A stretch of DNA of 64,000 nt. Source: an uncultured Gammaproteobacteria bacterium. Its GTDB lineage: Bacteria; Patescibacteriota; Patescibacteriia; UBA11705; JABHMO01. The position numbers were made by a program, and so were the translations under genes. Where the stretch lies: NCBI GenBank assembly GCA_964565345.1, contig CAZMEQ010000002.1:7133-71132 (forward strand), written 5' to 3'. Numbering within the stretch: the stretch's first letter is position 1; each line of letters opens with the position of its first letter. This document shows, piece by piece, positions 20,701-29,112 of this stretch. The notes below the pieces were generated by a model. The model made no database searches and was not told the DNA's origin. It saw only the letters and a program-made list of their open reading frames with translations.

Positions 20701-23700
20701 ATGGAAAACTCTAAAATCATCAACATAACCACCAAAAGAGACTAAAGGAACGGTTGTTTTGCCTAAGCCACCAACATAGAGTTTGTCGTACATGCTAGGG
20801 GTGGCTATCACATCTAGCTTTTCGCTAGTACAAACGCAACCCGGAGTTCCACTATCGCAAATTGTTCCACCAGCTGTTTTACAATCTAAATTATCCCGTG
20901 GCCAAACAAACATAGACGCTGTTTCTTGCTCTGAAACATCTGCTTTTCCGTTAATCGATAAAATGGCGGATTTAGAATCCTTATTATAAGACAAAACTAT
21001 CTGATTAAAACCATTATTTAATAAACCAGCAGCATCGCGAATACCGCGATAAATAATGTTATTGCCATATTTAATCTTAAAGACAACTGATCGCTTAATA
21101 TTTTCGTCAGTACAGTTACAGGCAGACGGCTGTTTAGAGCCGTTTAACACCTCAAACCAACAAACTGGATCAACCGGCGTAGCACACCAACGACGCACAC
21201 CCAACTGAACATGATCTTGATTTGGGACAGAGGCTATATCTGTTGATAAATTTTTATAAAATAGACGGACATATCTGTCTTGTGGTAAATCATCGTTATA
21301 AACCCAAGCTGAAATGGTCCAAGATTCTTTGGCTGTTTCGCTAGCGCCGTCTCTATTTAAGAAGTCTAAGTTATCATTAGCGCCAGACACGACATAATCA
21401 TAATTACGATCAAAATAAACACCAAAGCGTGGTTTAGGATCAATCTCCGTGAACTCACCAGACATCAAACCAACAAGAGGTAAATCGTCGCTTAAAATTT
21501 TATCTTCACCAAAATCACGACAATAGAATAAACCAGCATTGAATTCTTTTTCAACTAAATAGCTTGGTTTTAATTGGCCATTGTTGGTTGTTTCAAGTCG
21601 TAAGTCAAATTTTTTACGAGTGGGTTGCCCGTCGACATATTGATACTCAGCCGGGATAGCCCGTCCATAACTATTATAAACATCGCCAAACCACGGGTTG
21701 TCGCAAATAAAGACTTTTATATTACCAAAGCCCGTAAACTTTGCACCTATCTGATTAAAATTCCCTTGGTCTTTTGCGCAAACACATGTTGCCCCACCAG
21801 CAACACATGGAGCACCAGTATCTTCATCAGTGCACAGTTGAGCGACAGAATCTTCGGTGATTGTTGCCGTAGCTTTAATTTGTCCCTGACCATTTTTAGT
21901 TTGAGTTGTAATAACGGCAGCATAAGCATTTGGATTTATTGTAGCAAGGGCTGTGTCTGTTGATTCCCAAGCCCAATTCCAACTATAAACACCTGGGACA
22001 GGGAAAATATTTTGTGCGCCACTACGTGGATAAGCATAATAGTTAAACTCTTGCTTTGACTGCATAACAAACAAATCACCAGGAGTTACAGCCACATTAT
22101 CTAAACGGCAGAGCTCAGATCCAGTGGTGAATGTGATTTTTTTAGGTAAATCAGTAAAACCAACATTACATTTATTCTTTAAATTTCTGAATAAAATTTT
22201 ATAGGTTGTATTAGGCAAAAGAAGTTCCGCCGGGATCCCCCTCATTTCGGTCCCATTACCAGTCACCTTTATATCGCTTGTCATTTCTGGACCACGGCAA
22301 TGTTTTAATGGACCAGCTAGACCTATCTTGAAAAGTAAATTTCTAACAAATTCAATAACCTTGTTATATGTTTTAACGAACCAGTTTTTACTAGAATTAG
22401 ATACAAACTCGTCGATTTCCCCAGATGATAATTCCCCATTGGCGCAAACTTCAGCATCATAGTAAAACAACATGCCACTCTTGCGTTCGCAGCCAACAAC
22501 CTTTGTTGCCCCGTCGCACTTGCTCATATCTGCCTTTCCGTCTGGCATGAGCTGTTCGCCTCCATCGGTACAAATACAACTGTCGCCGCCCTTTATCTCT
22601 CCCTTTACCGTTGAATATAAAACTATAATTGAATTACGACAAACATCCTGAGCACCGTTCGATGGCACCGAATACGAACTCCCTCCAAACAACTCGGTTT
22701 CAGCGGAACAAGAAGCAGTTACGGCCTCGTCATACACTGATTTAGGAACACGCAAAGCAATGTCCGTGTCCCCAGTCTTAGTTTGTGGCTGACCTTGAAT
22801 AGTTTCTAAAGTTTGAGCAATAATTTTTTTAGTCAAACTATAAGTCACTGGTGGTTTGTCAGGATTTTTAGAATCAATATCTGGCGTTAATCTTAATAAA
22901 ACGCTATAAACATTGAAGGTATTTTTTTCGGTATTAATAGTTGCTTGTTGATATGGGCTCCCCTTAGTACCTGTCCCCAAAGCCTCACAACCACTGTCTT
23001 CTCCTAATTCCTTAAGGCCATTACCACACAAAGAACCATATTCACTATCTGAACCTATGTTAGTACATTTATTGGTACACCAAGCTGGAAATTCGCAAAC
23101 ACAACCTGCTTCACCCACAGCACAAGCTTGTTGCATTTTGCCACCGGCAGGACAAGCTGTTACTTCGGCGCAAAAGCATTGGTTCCCCACTTTAGTACAA
23201 CCAGAATCCCCCGAATCACACTTAGCCATATTCTGAACCTGCGTTGGACATGTTACCTCTTTGAAACAGGCCGTTTTTTCACATTCCTCCATACTTAAAC
23301 CCGCACCCGTTAAGTCCTCAACAATGCTATTGCCACAGCAATTATTTTCGCCCGGATTAACGCAAGATGGAAAACCAGTTATCAAACATTTTTCATTACA
23401 TAAAGGATTGGCTGAATCGCATTCCTCGCCAGCATCGACAGTCCCATTACCGCAAATAGGAAGACCAGCTACAAATTTAACCTGAGCGCCCTCATTTAAA
23501 CATTTATTGTTTACCCCATCACCGGCTTTATTGTTGCCATCATCAACGTCTTCCCCTGGTTCTGGGACTTTATTCCCACAAGTATAGCCATCGGCTGTAC
23601 CAGTGTTCAAACAACCAGCTGAACAAGCTTTACTCTTAGATACCAAGACACAATTATCTTCGGGCTCTGCTGTGGTTGGGTCACATGCCTCTTTATCTTT

Positions 23701-26700
23701 ATCTAAATATTCTGCACCCAAATCACACTCTTCGTTACCATTTTTAACACCATTGCCACAGCAAGCTGAACTTCCAGACAATTCAGCGGGCGTGCAAGCC
23801 GCAAAATTATCCCAGAGACAAGTTTCAATGTTACAATTGGCGATTGGTGGCTCACACTCTTCGCCAGTTGAAATTGTTCCATCACCGCAAACAGCTCTAT
23901 ATTTTACACTTCCTTTCAACAAACAATTACTATTACAAGTTGTAGAAACCTGAGTATTATAAACATTATTAGTTATGGTCGCGAGTGGGGCTCCATCAGT
24001 TGCGCCATTATCGGGGTCATTTGTAGACCAGTCCCAGTCATAGTTGAGTGGGTTTAATAATTGGCCATTGGGCGAACACTTGTCTGGGGCACTGGCTGGT
24101 TGCACTGCGTAATTTATGGTCTCGCCTGGAACGCCAGCCACATAACCACCAGGAGTTACGCCAACTGAGTTAATGACGCACTGGTTAGGATCATTTTTTG
24201 TTTTAAAGACCCAGCTAAAACTATTAAATGCTGCCCCGGGGATAACACCCGTTGGATCATGGTGATAATTTAAGTCAATTAATTTTACCCCACTAATACT
24301 TTCCATATCTCCAGAAATTACAACGCGGTGGTAACGATTAGGCAACAAATTCATGTTATTTACCAAATCGATTGTTAACAAATTTTGACCGAAAGAAACG
24401 CCAGCAGCCGGCGCATACAAATAATTTAAATTCAAGGTAACACCAGGCAAAGCAGAAATTACGGTACACTCTTCAGTATCACAACTATAAACTTTTACAT
24501 TGTTTTGATTTTCCACCACAGACTCCTTCATCTTGGTGTTAAAGTTAACCCCCATTTGAGCGTTAATACAGGCTTCTTTACACTTTGGATAATAACTTGT
24601 AACACGTGGTTCACTAAAATTAATTTCTAAATCAGCTCCCTTCTCGTATAATAAGCTATCAGCTGGCACCACGGCGTTAGCCAATATCTGGACTAAATTA
24701 CTTTCGGTTGTTTCTAAATCAATAGTCGCATTACATTCACACCCCTCACTAAATTGAGAACAACCGCCAGGTTGGCAAACCAACTTATCCGTACGTGTAG
24801 CATAAACGCCAATGTCATTACGTCTTTCGGTTGCAGCTGTACAATATGGCAAAGCACCAGGAATCGGCTCAACTAAGCAGGCATAACCCTTAGCCTCGGC
24901 TTTTTGCGCATCTGCTGCATCTGGAACTGTCCAAACCCACGGCTTATCAATTAAACTTATTTCTTGACACTGGTACATGCCAGTAACCCAGTATTTTTGA
25001 ATTTGTTGTACTGAAGTTATTTTACCTTTAGAAGGCGTCATTAAAAAATTATCAGGGACACAGTCAGTGGCTTTAGTTTTAAAATTCCAAACATAGCTTT
25101 GCGTCATAGTTTTACCTGGAACACCTGGTGCAAAACTATTTGCCGCCACACCACCTGGGCCGCCAACTATTTCTACTTGATACCAAGAATTTGCAAATAA
25201 ATTATACTTATTGCCTGATTTTTGAATTATATTTGGATAGGCATTAGTTCCAGGAGCGCCACCACCAGCATAGCTGGCAAACAAAGAAAATGAAGTCATG
25301 TTTTCATTAGAAGCGGCACAAACACACCCCTCTGTTCCAGGCTCACACTTAGCGCCCAACTTTGTACAAACAATACTGGCCGGCTGAGTACCGACATCAC
25401 TGGGAGCGATATTAGATAATTGACTGGAAAGACAATTAGGTGCGGTACAAGCAGTAAAGTCACAAGGAGTCTCGCTATCCGAAGCAAGACAACGTCGAAT
25501 AATAACATTGCCATTCAAGCTTGCTTCGTTAATTAACATGTTAAAGGTTGCTGAAATCAACCCATTAGGACAAGCTAATTTATCCTCTTTTTTAGGCGAA
25601 GGCGATTGTCTATAACCAGCATCAGTAGCAAAATCAGTCACAAAACAATTTCGTTCAATAACAGCTGGAATTTTAGGGATTACTCCAGTACTCATAACCC
25701 AAGCATACTCAGACTCATGGGTTACAATAGTAGAGCCACAAACATCTTCTTTGGTTGTTTTCGTTCCTTTGTTTGTACAAACTCCATTAGAACAACAAAA
25801 TTGATCGGCCTTACAAGATTCGTCATTTTTACAAGCACCAACCTTAAATTCAATAGCATTGCTTGCAACTGAACAATCTCCTCCCTCCAAACGAACACCG
25901 CCCGTAATTGCCTCGGCCGGAACGCGTGCCTTTTCTATAGTTTCAGCGCCCCAAACAATATCCCCCGCTTCATTAACCGGAATACGGTTGTCCTTATCTT
26001 TTACAAAAGTTAAATTATATAAATCTTTAGTGCCAAAATTTTCACCTGTGACTGTAAATTCTGTAGCAGCCGGTCCATTGCTTGGAGATAAACCGCACAA
26101 ACCCGGACCCGGAGCATTAGTGTTTACCACAAAGAAACGGTTATTACTTGGTAAACTCTGGCTTGTAATAACCTGGACCCAATAATTACCAGGACTTAAA
26201 CTCATGGCCTGATCGCCCTGTAACTTATTTGCTTCGGGCACCTTAACTATAATCTCGGTATCAGACCAGCTTCCAGCACCACAAGCAAAATCAGCAATAA
26301 AAGCAGGCAAAGGATTTCCATCCTCATCAGTTGCCTCTACAAATCCACCCTCGCCATTGTCCTCCAAAAGTTTTAAAATTACTTGACCCTGGGCGTCGCC
26401 AAAATTACTGCCAGCAATACTGATCATTTGTTTTACCGGAGCACTTTCTACACAAGTACAATCTGGTGACCCCACGATACAACAACTGTCATCAGCCTTT
26501 TTGCATGTTTTTGGCGTAATTTCAGTGATCGTAGGTAGTGCTCCTGGGTTTCTTACCGTAAAAGAAACAGGATTACTCAAAACATTAAAACAACTACACC
26601 CTGGAGAGCCTTGCTCACAACTTTCAATACAAGATTCAGCGCCAGATTCACAACCGTCTTTAACTTTGGAACAACGCTCCCCCTTACCAACAACAACATC

Positions 26701-29097
26701 GTAAATACCTTTATCTATTTGTGGGACACGAGCCCCCTCTATCTTTGTATCAGACCATAAAATAGTAACAGCTGCTTCTGTATCACCAAAATAAACAGCA
26801 TCGTCTTCTGCTTTTAACTGCCCATCTGGAGGATTACCAAATTTTTCACCCGACAACTGAACCAAAGTCCCGGCGACACCGTCCGAAGGCACCAAAGGAG
26901 CGCACAACCCTGGATAACGTAAAATTGGGTTGCGCACAAAATCTCCCTGCCAACCTTCGTCATCATCTTCGGTATCATCGAATCTATTATTGCCTTCGTT
27001 ATCTTTATTTTTCGTAACAACCTTAATTGGACCTGTTCCTACACCTTCCGGGACTTTGACTATAATTTGATTATTAGTCCAAGCACCAGCAGAGTCACAA
27101 CCTAGTTCTGCAGGTAGAGTGTATTTTTGTCCTGCCTCAACACCCTCACTAAACAAAACTCGACTTTCATTAATATCATAAGAAGAAAATCCATTCCCAT
27201 ATATAGTCACAAAATTACCGTCAATGCCCTCTTTCGGATTCGCGTTATAAATTATCGGCAAAGACTTACAAACACCTGTTGTTTCACCTTCTTTAATTTC
27301 ACAATAACCATTGGCACAATCTGAATCCTGCGTACAAGGGCCCTCATCACATGCCCCACAAGCGGGATCACCACAAATTATTTCGCCAGCGTCGTCGCAA
27401 CAAAAATCTGGTCTTAAATAAACGTTTGTTTTCTTATTACTGCTATTACCATCAACATCATTCGCTTCTAGCATTAACCAATGTTCACCTAAAGCATACT
27501 TTTGTTTTCCGCCAGCATCCAAAACGTTAACTTCCCATGGCAACGAACCTGAATATATAAGAGGTGTTGAAGGCAAAGAAACTTCTCCTATTGCATCTTC
27601 CTGCCCAGTTACGTGATCAACATATAAAGAAATAAGTGCCAACCCAGCGTCATCTTCGGCTCCAAAAGGAATGTCCCTTGAATCTATGCTTTCCTCAGGG
27701 AATTTACACATGCTCTTATTAAGAGCATTAAAATATACTTTGGGTGGAGTAACATCGCATACATCCCCAGTAGTAAACTTTGCCGTACAAACACTGTCAG
27801 TGGCATTACAAATTAAAGGATCGCCATCAGCTGACGTTAAACCAGTGGCCCCCGCCTTTATGGTAATGGTATATTCAGTATCTTTTTTTAAGGCATATTT
27901 AGAAGAGTCAGCCTGGTCACACACTCCAGCTGGAACAAATTCCACTAACCGCCCACTATTTTTGACTACAAAAGTGCCGTCGACTGTACTAGGTACAGAC
28001 TCGACTATATCTAACCACATGTAATCAAACTTTAAACAGTTAGTGCCAGTACGTGCCCATTTAATATAAATCTTATCTCCGCCCAAACACGCAGCATCTA
28101 AATCGATTTCATTATTACCATTAGGCGGCAACCAATTTTCTTTTATTTTAACTAAGTCTGCTTCTGTTTTACCGCAAAAAATATCCATGGTGGCCTGATC
28201 GCCGGAAGATGAACTTTCGAATTTTAATTTACCTGATTTTTCTGTCGTAATTCCACTCACATCGTATTCAACCAACATCGGGGTTTCACCCAAATACGTA
28301 GCGCTACATATTACCCAATTAGGGTTAATTGTTCCATCATCTTCTTTTATTTGCGCTAAAATTTGGGCTCCATTACCTAGCACCTCCGTGACCTTAACTG
28401 GCTTAACTGTTATATTTTGATCGACCGTTTCTGCACTGCCAGATATTATAATATTGTTTTTTAATATTTCAGGAGTAGAAACAACCGCCTGGTTAAAAGA
28501 AATTCGCGGATGAACATTGATAATTTTTTGTTGGCCCACGGGAACTATTGCCTTTACCCTCAAATACGCCTCGCCATAAATATCAAGACCAGAATATTCT
28601 GTATAATGGGTGGCCGAAGTACAACCGGCATCTCCGGGAAAATCAATTGTGCCATCTTTATCATTGTCTTTACCATCAGAACAAGCATAATAATATGTGT
28701 CATCGGTCACTGCCCCTTGTAACTTACTTATGACAAATGAAACTATCGCATATGATAATAAGATAATGGCTAAACCAATGGCCGCATTGATTAAGTATTT
28801 TTTAGCTTTATCAACCTTGTCTGCTTCACCACCCGAAGTCATGTATAAATAGCCCCCATAAAGGGTTAAACAAAGAGCAATAACTCCCAAAAAACCTAAA
28901 ATTACTTTTATAATCTTTCCAATAACAACTTTTAAATCCGCCTTTTGTAAGCCAGCGCCCGATGCACCCGCAACAGTATCTAACCCAGCAGTAATATCAT
29001 CGTTAGCTAAGACAGAGGCACCAAGCGAAAAACAAAAACTCAAAACAATAAAGAAAGCGACAACAAAAATTAAATTACGAAAAAACTTTTTAGACAT
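17755..29097 (-). CDS. Giant (3780 aa) Cys-rich cell-surface protein. N-terminal signal followed by a pilin-like two-helix hydrophobic hairpin. Also Myxococcus-type Cys-rich CGNG..GEECD repeats, Cys-flanked DxDxDG calcium-binding repeats, a LamG/ConA-like segment and a C-terminal vWA (MIDAS DTSGS) domain.
   Basis: Single uninterrupted ORF. N-terminus ...VIGKIIKVILGFLGVIALCLTLYGGYLYMTSGGEADKVDKAKKYLINAAIGLAIILLSYAIV. Repeats CGDGTISTGEECE, CGNGVKNGNEECD and CGNGTVDAGEECD. CKDGLDNDGDGRCDWDGC. FAFFVDTSGSMRW. Ends in PPPPPPDEDELNY. Confidence 0.8.
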   Translation of the reverse strand: MSKKFFRNLIFVVAFFIVLSFCFSLGASVLANDDITAGLDTVAGASGAGLQKADLKVVIGKIIKVILGFLGVIALCLTLYGGYLYMTSGGEADKVDKAKKYLINAAIGLAIILLSYAIVSFVISKLQGAVTDDTYYYACSDGKDNDKDGTIDFPGDAGCTSATHYTEYSGLDIYGEAYLRVKAIVPVGQQKIINVHPRISFNQAVVSTPEILKNNIIISGSAETVDQNITVKPVKVTEVLGNGAQILAQIKEDDGTINPNWVICSATYLGETPMLVEYDVSGITTEKSGKLKFESSSSGDQATMDIFCGKTEADLVKIKENWLPPNGNNEIDLDAACLGGDKIYIKWARTGTNCLKFDYMWLDIVESVPSTVDGTFVVKNSGRLVEFVPAGVCDQADSSKYALKKDTEYTITIKAGATGLTSADGDPLICNATDSVCTAKFTTGDVCDVTPPKVYFNALNKSMCKFPEESIDSRDIPFGAEDDAGLALISLYVDHVTGQEDAIGEVSLPSTPLIYSGSLPWEVNVLDAGGKQKYALGEHWLMLEANDVDGNSSNKKTNVYLRPDFCCDDAGEIICGDPACGACDEGPCTQDSDCANGYCEIKEGETTGVCKSLPIIYNANPKEGIDGNFVTIYGNGFSSYDINESRVLFSEGVEAGQKYTLPAELGCDSAGAWTNNQIIVKVPEGVGTGPIKVVTKNKDNEGNNRFDDTEDDDEGWQGDFVRNPILRYPGLCAPLVPSDGVAGTLVQLSGEKFGNPPDGQLKAEDDAVYFGDTEAAVTILWSDTKIEGARVPQIDKGIYDVVVGKGERCSKVKDGCESGAESCIESCEQGSPGCSCFNVLSNPVSFTVRNPGALPTITEITPKTCKKADDSCCIVGSPDCTCVESAPVKQMISIAGSNFGDAQGQVILKLLEDNGEGGFVEATDEDGNPLPAFIADFACGAGSWSDTEIIVKVPEANKLQGDQAMSLSPGNYWVQVITSQSLPSNNRFFVVNTNAPGPGLCGLSPSNGPAATEFTVTGENFGTKDLYNLTFVKDKDNRIPVNEAGDIVWGAETIEKARVPAEAITGGVRLEGGDCSVASNAIEFKVGACKNDESCKADQFCCSNGVCTNKGTKTTKEDVCGSTIVTHESEYAWVMSTGVIPKIPAVIERNCFVTDFATDAGYRQSPSPKKEDKLACPNGLISATFNMLINEASLNGNVIIRRCLASDSETPCDFTACTAPNCLSSQLSNIAPSDVGTQPASIVCTKLGAKCEPGTEGCVCAASNENMTSFSLFASYAGGGAPGTNAYPNIIQKSGNKYNLFANSWYQVEIVGGPGGVAANSFAPGVPGKTMTQSYVWNFKTKATDCVPDNFLMTPSKGKITSVQQIQKYWVTGMYQCQEISLIDKPWVWTVPDAADAQKAEAKGYACLVEPIPGALPYCTAATERRNDIGVYATRTDKLVCQPGGCSQFSEGCECNATIDLETTESNLVQILANAVVPADSLLYEKGADLEINFSEPRVTSYYPKCKEACINAQMGVNFNTKMKESVVENQNNVKVYSCDTEECTVISALPGVTLNLNYLYAPAAGVSFGQNLLTIDLVNNMNLLPNRYHRVVISGDMESISGVKLIDLNYHHDPTGVIPGAAFNSFSWVFKTKNDPNQCVINSVGVTPGGYVAGVPGETINYAVQPASAPDKCSPNGQLLNPLNYDWDWSTNDPDNGATDGAPLATITNNVYNTQVSTTCNSNCLLKGSVKYRAVCGDGTISTGEECEPPIANCNIETCLWDNFAACTPAELSGSSACCGNGVKNGNEECDLGAEYLDKDKEACDPTTAEPEDNCVLVSKSKACSAGCLNTGTADGYTCGNKVPEPGEDVDDGNNKAGDGVNNKCLNEGAQVKFVAGLPICGNGTVDAGEECDSANPLCNEKCLITGFPSCVNPGENNCCGNSIVEDLTGAGLSMEECEKTACFKEVTCPTQVQNMAKCDSGDSGCTKVGNQCFCAEVTACPAGGKMQQACAVGEAGCVCEFPAWCTNKCTNIGSDSEYGSLCGNGLKELGEDSGCEALGTGTKGSPYQQATINTEKNTFNVYSVLLRLTPDIDSKNPDKPPVTYSLTKKIIAQTLETIQGQPQTKTGDTDIALRVPKSVYDEAVTASCSAETELFGGSSYSVPSNGAQDVCRNSIIVLYSTVKGEIKGGDSCICTDGGEQLMPDGKADMSKCDGATKVVGCERKSGMLFYYDAEVCANGELSSGEIDEFVSNSSKNWFVKTYNKVIEFVRNLLFKIGLAGPLKHCRGPEMTSDIKVTGNGTEMRGIPAELLLPNTTYKILFRNLKNKCNVGFTDLPKKITFTTGSELCRLDNVAVTPGDLFVMQSKQEFNYYAYPRSGAQNIFPVPGVYSWNWAWESTDTALATINPNAYAAVITTQTKNGQGQIKATATITEDSVAQLCTDEDTGAPCVAGGATCVCAKDQGNFNQIGAKFTGFGNIKVFICDNPWFGDVYNSYGRAIPAEYQYVDGQPTRKKFDLRLETTNNGQLKPSYLVEKEFNAGLFYCRDFGEDKILSDDLPLVGLMSGEFTEIDPKPRFGVYFDRNYDYVVSGANDNLDFLNRDGASETAKESWTISAWVYNDDLPQDRYVRLFYKNLSTDIASVPNQDHVQLGVRRWCATPVDPVCWFEVLNGSKQPSACNCTDENIKRSVVFKIKYGNNIIYRGIRDAAGLLNNGFNQIVLSYNKDSKSAILSINGKADVSEQETASMFVWPRDNLDCKTAGGTICDSGTPGCVCTSEKLDVIATPSMYDKLYVGGLGKTTVPLVSFGGYVDDFRVFHGEKTPSAIKTDEETGLAVAWTFNTDTNSNNGIGAFKCTADYSAEYCTPVSCVKNQPGCTCVNITSQCLPDGGSFKFKHHNITDIAKQKGIFYGDNSGWQELNVDVENQCSNGVDDDGNGLIDTKDHKCTSANDGWESPALFAQYFFVRKDDMDYPSTNDMVPDAISLRIYENPEALPPSLWYKRYAPNPAASVPETKSDCLYDSFGEFCYAGTQDGRTIYVSAANVNGNNVYNNIYLLSYSQNSNPATQNIFGQMVEFLKFNMNVLNAENVNKLKVIRDTKRLQDFVLMHEYLKVYKAQNNGYVPQLESGTLQRHFSNSVWDSWKNELSKAIGFDMPVDPINALYNVPPQPQCFLSGTTTACQEQETNCICDNISKPVLCGTDVYSNPLACGSDEQCAIPGMSCVECSNVYDNRACYNSSTQTFDSLYGYYSILDKTDKDYGKNLTYTYEVNDLDYTKYRLRVYYEQPQLNYKYVPLIETSNVGWDAIKQDPEEIPETPGDAPECMDGIDNDKNGKIDYPNDEGCSSSSDETEDYPYHCKDGLDNDGDGRCDWDGCCINGIGKTKQQCLADKAAGQPVNWLEKDYSCQENGVQKSTHKSEVYPAQCNDGQDNDGDGDIDYCKLDGSNEATCDKACSSEYDDKETKKVLFAFFVDTSGSMRWQDHDPEMAHQDLILSIVNGIDTPAGCIPGAPGCTHIDGIRDVMGNNAYFVLGTSKTSPTEDARRAYFPAGQADHFLGWLDCANGWENCVKTQDIATCNATYNCGGAGRCVYNYCTQANQCSSNVCSSGTCSGAAPVCSSPYIYDGNAYMALRIDNVFMDALNVYDTKMTKAGASVDYDQTVYIVITDADDTYNPESRAATITAANARGIPIHFIYIKTGALGVSNFNFWYRYHGLCAGQACTANTDCASCVSSTSCSNACVNNVCIAPTTEPSVCINDINHQGIWMQGSTAELETKLKNLMSKFTTLPPPPPPDEDELNY
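22980..23920 (-). repeat. Block of Myxococcus-type cysteine-rich repeats (CGNGxxExGEECD) inside the giant protein
   Basis: At least five units, CGNGLKELGEDSGCE, CGNSIVEDL...MEECE, CGNGTVDAGEECD, CGNGVKNGNEECD and CGDGTISTGEECE, located from the reverse complement of the nucleotide sequence. Confidence 0.6.
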
Positions 29098-29112
29098 TAT
29101 AAAAAATTATTT

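Noticed and set aside
18361-28733. About twenty plus-strand ORFs of 60-117 aa (for example 18361-18558, 19003-19260, 21625-21963, 23603-23953, 25859-26185, 27671-28024) lying inside the giant minus-strand gene
   Set aside because: All are antisense to an uninterrupted 11.3-kb ORF with clear domain content. They have low-complexity or odd composition and no start-site signals, so they are shadow ORFs.
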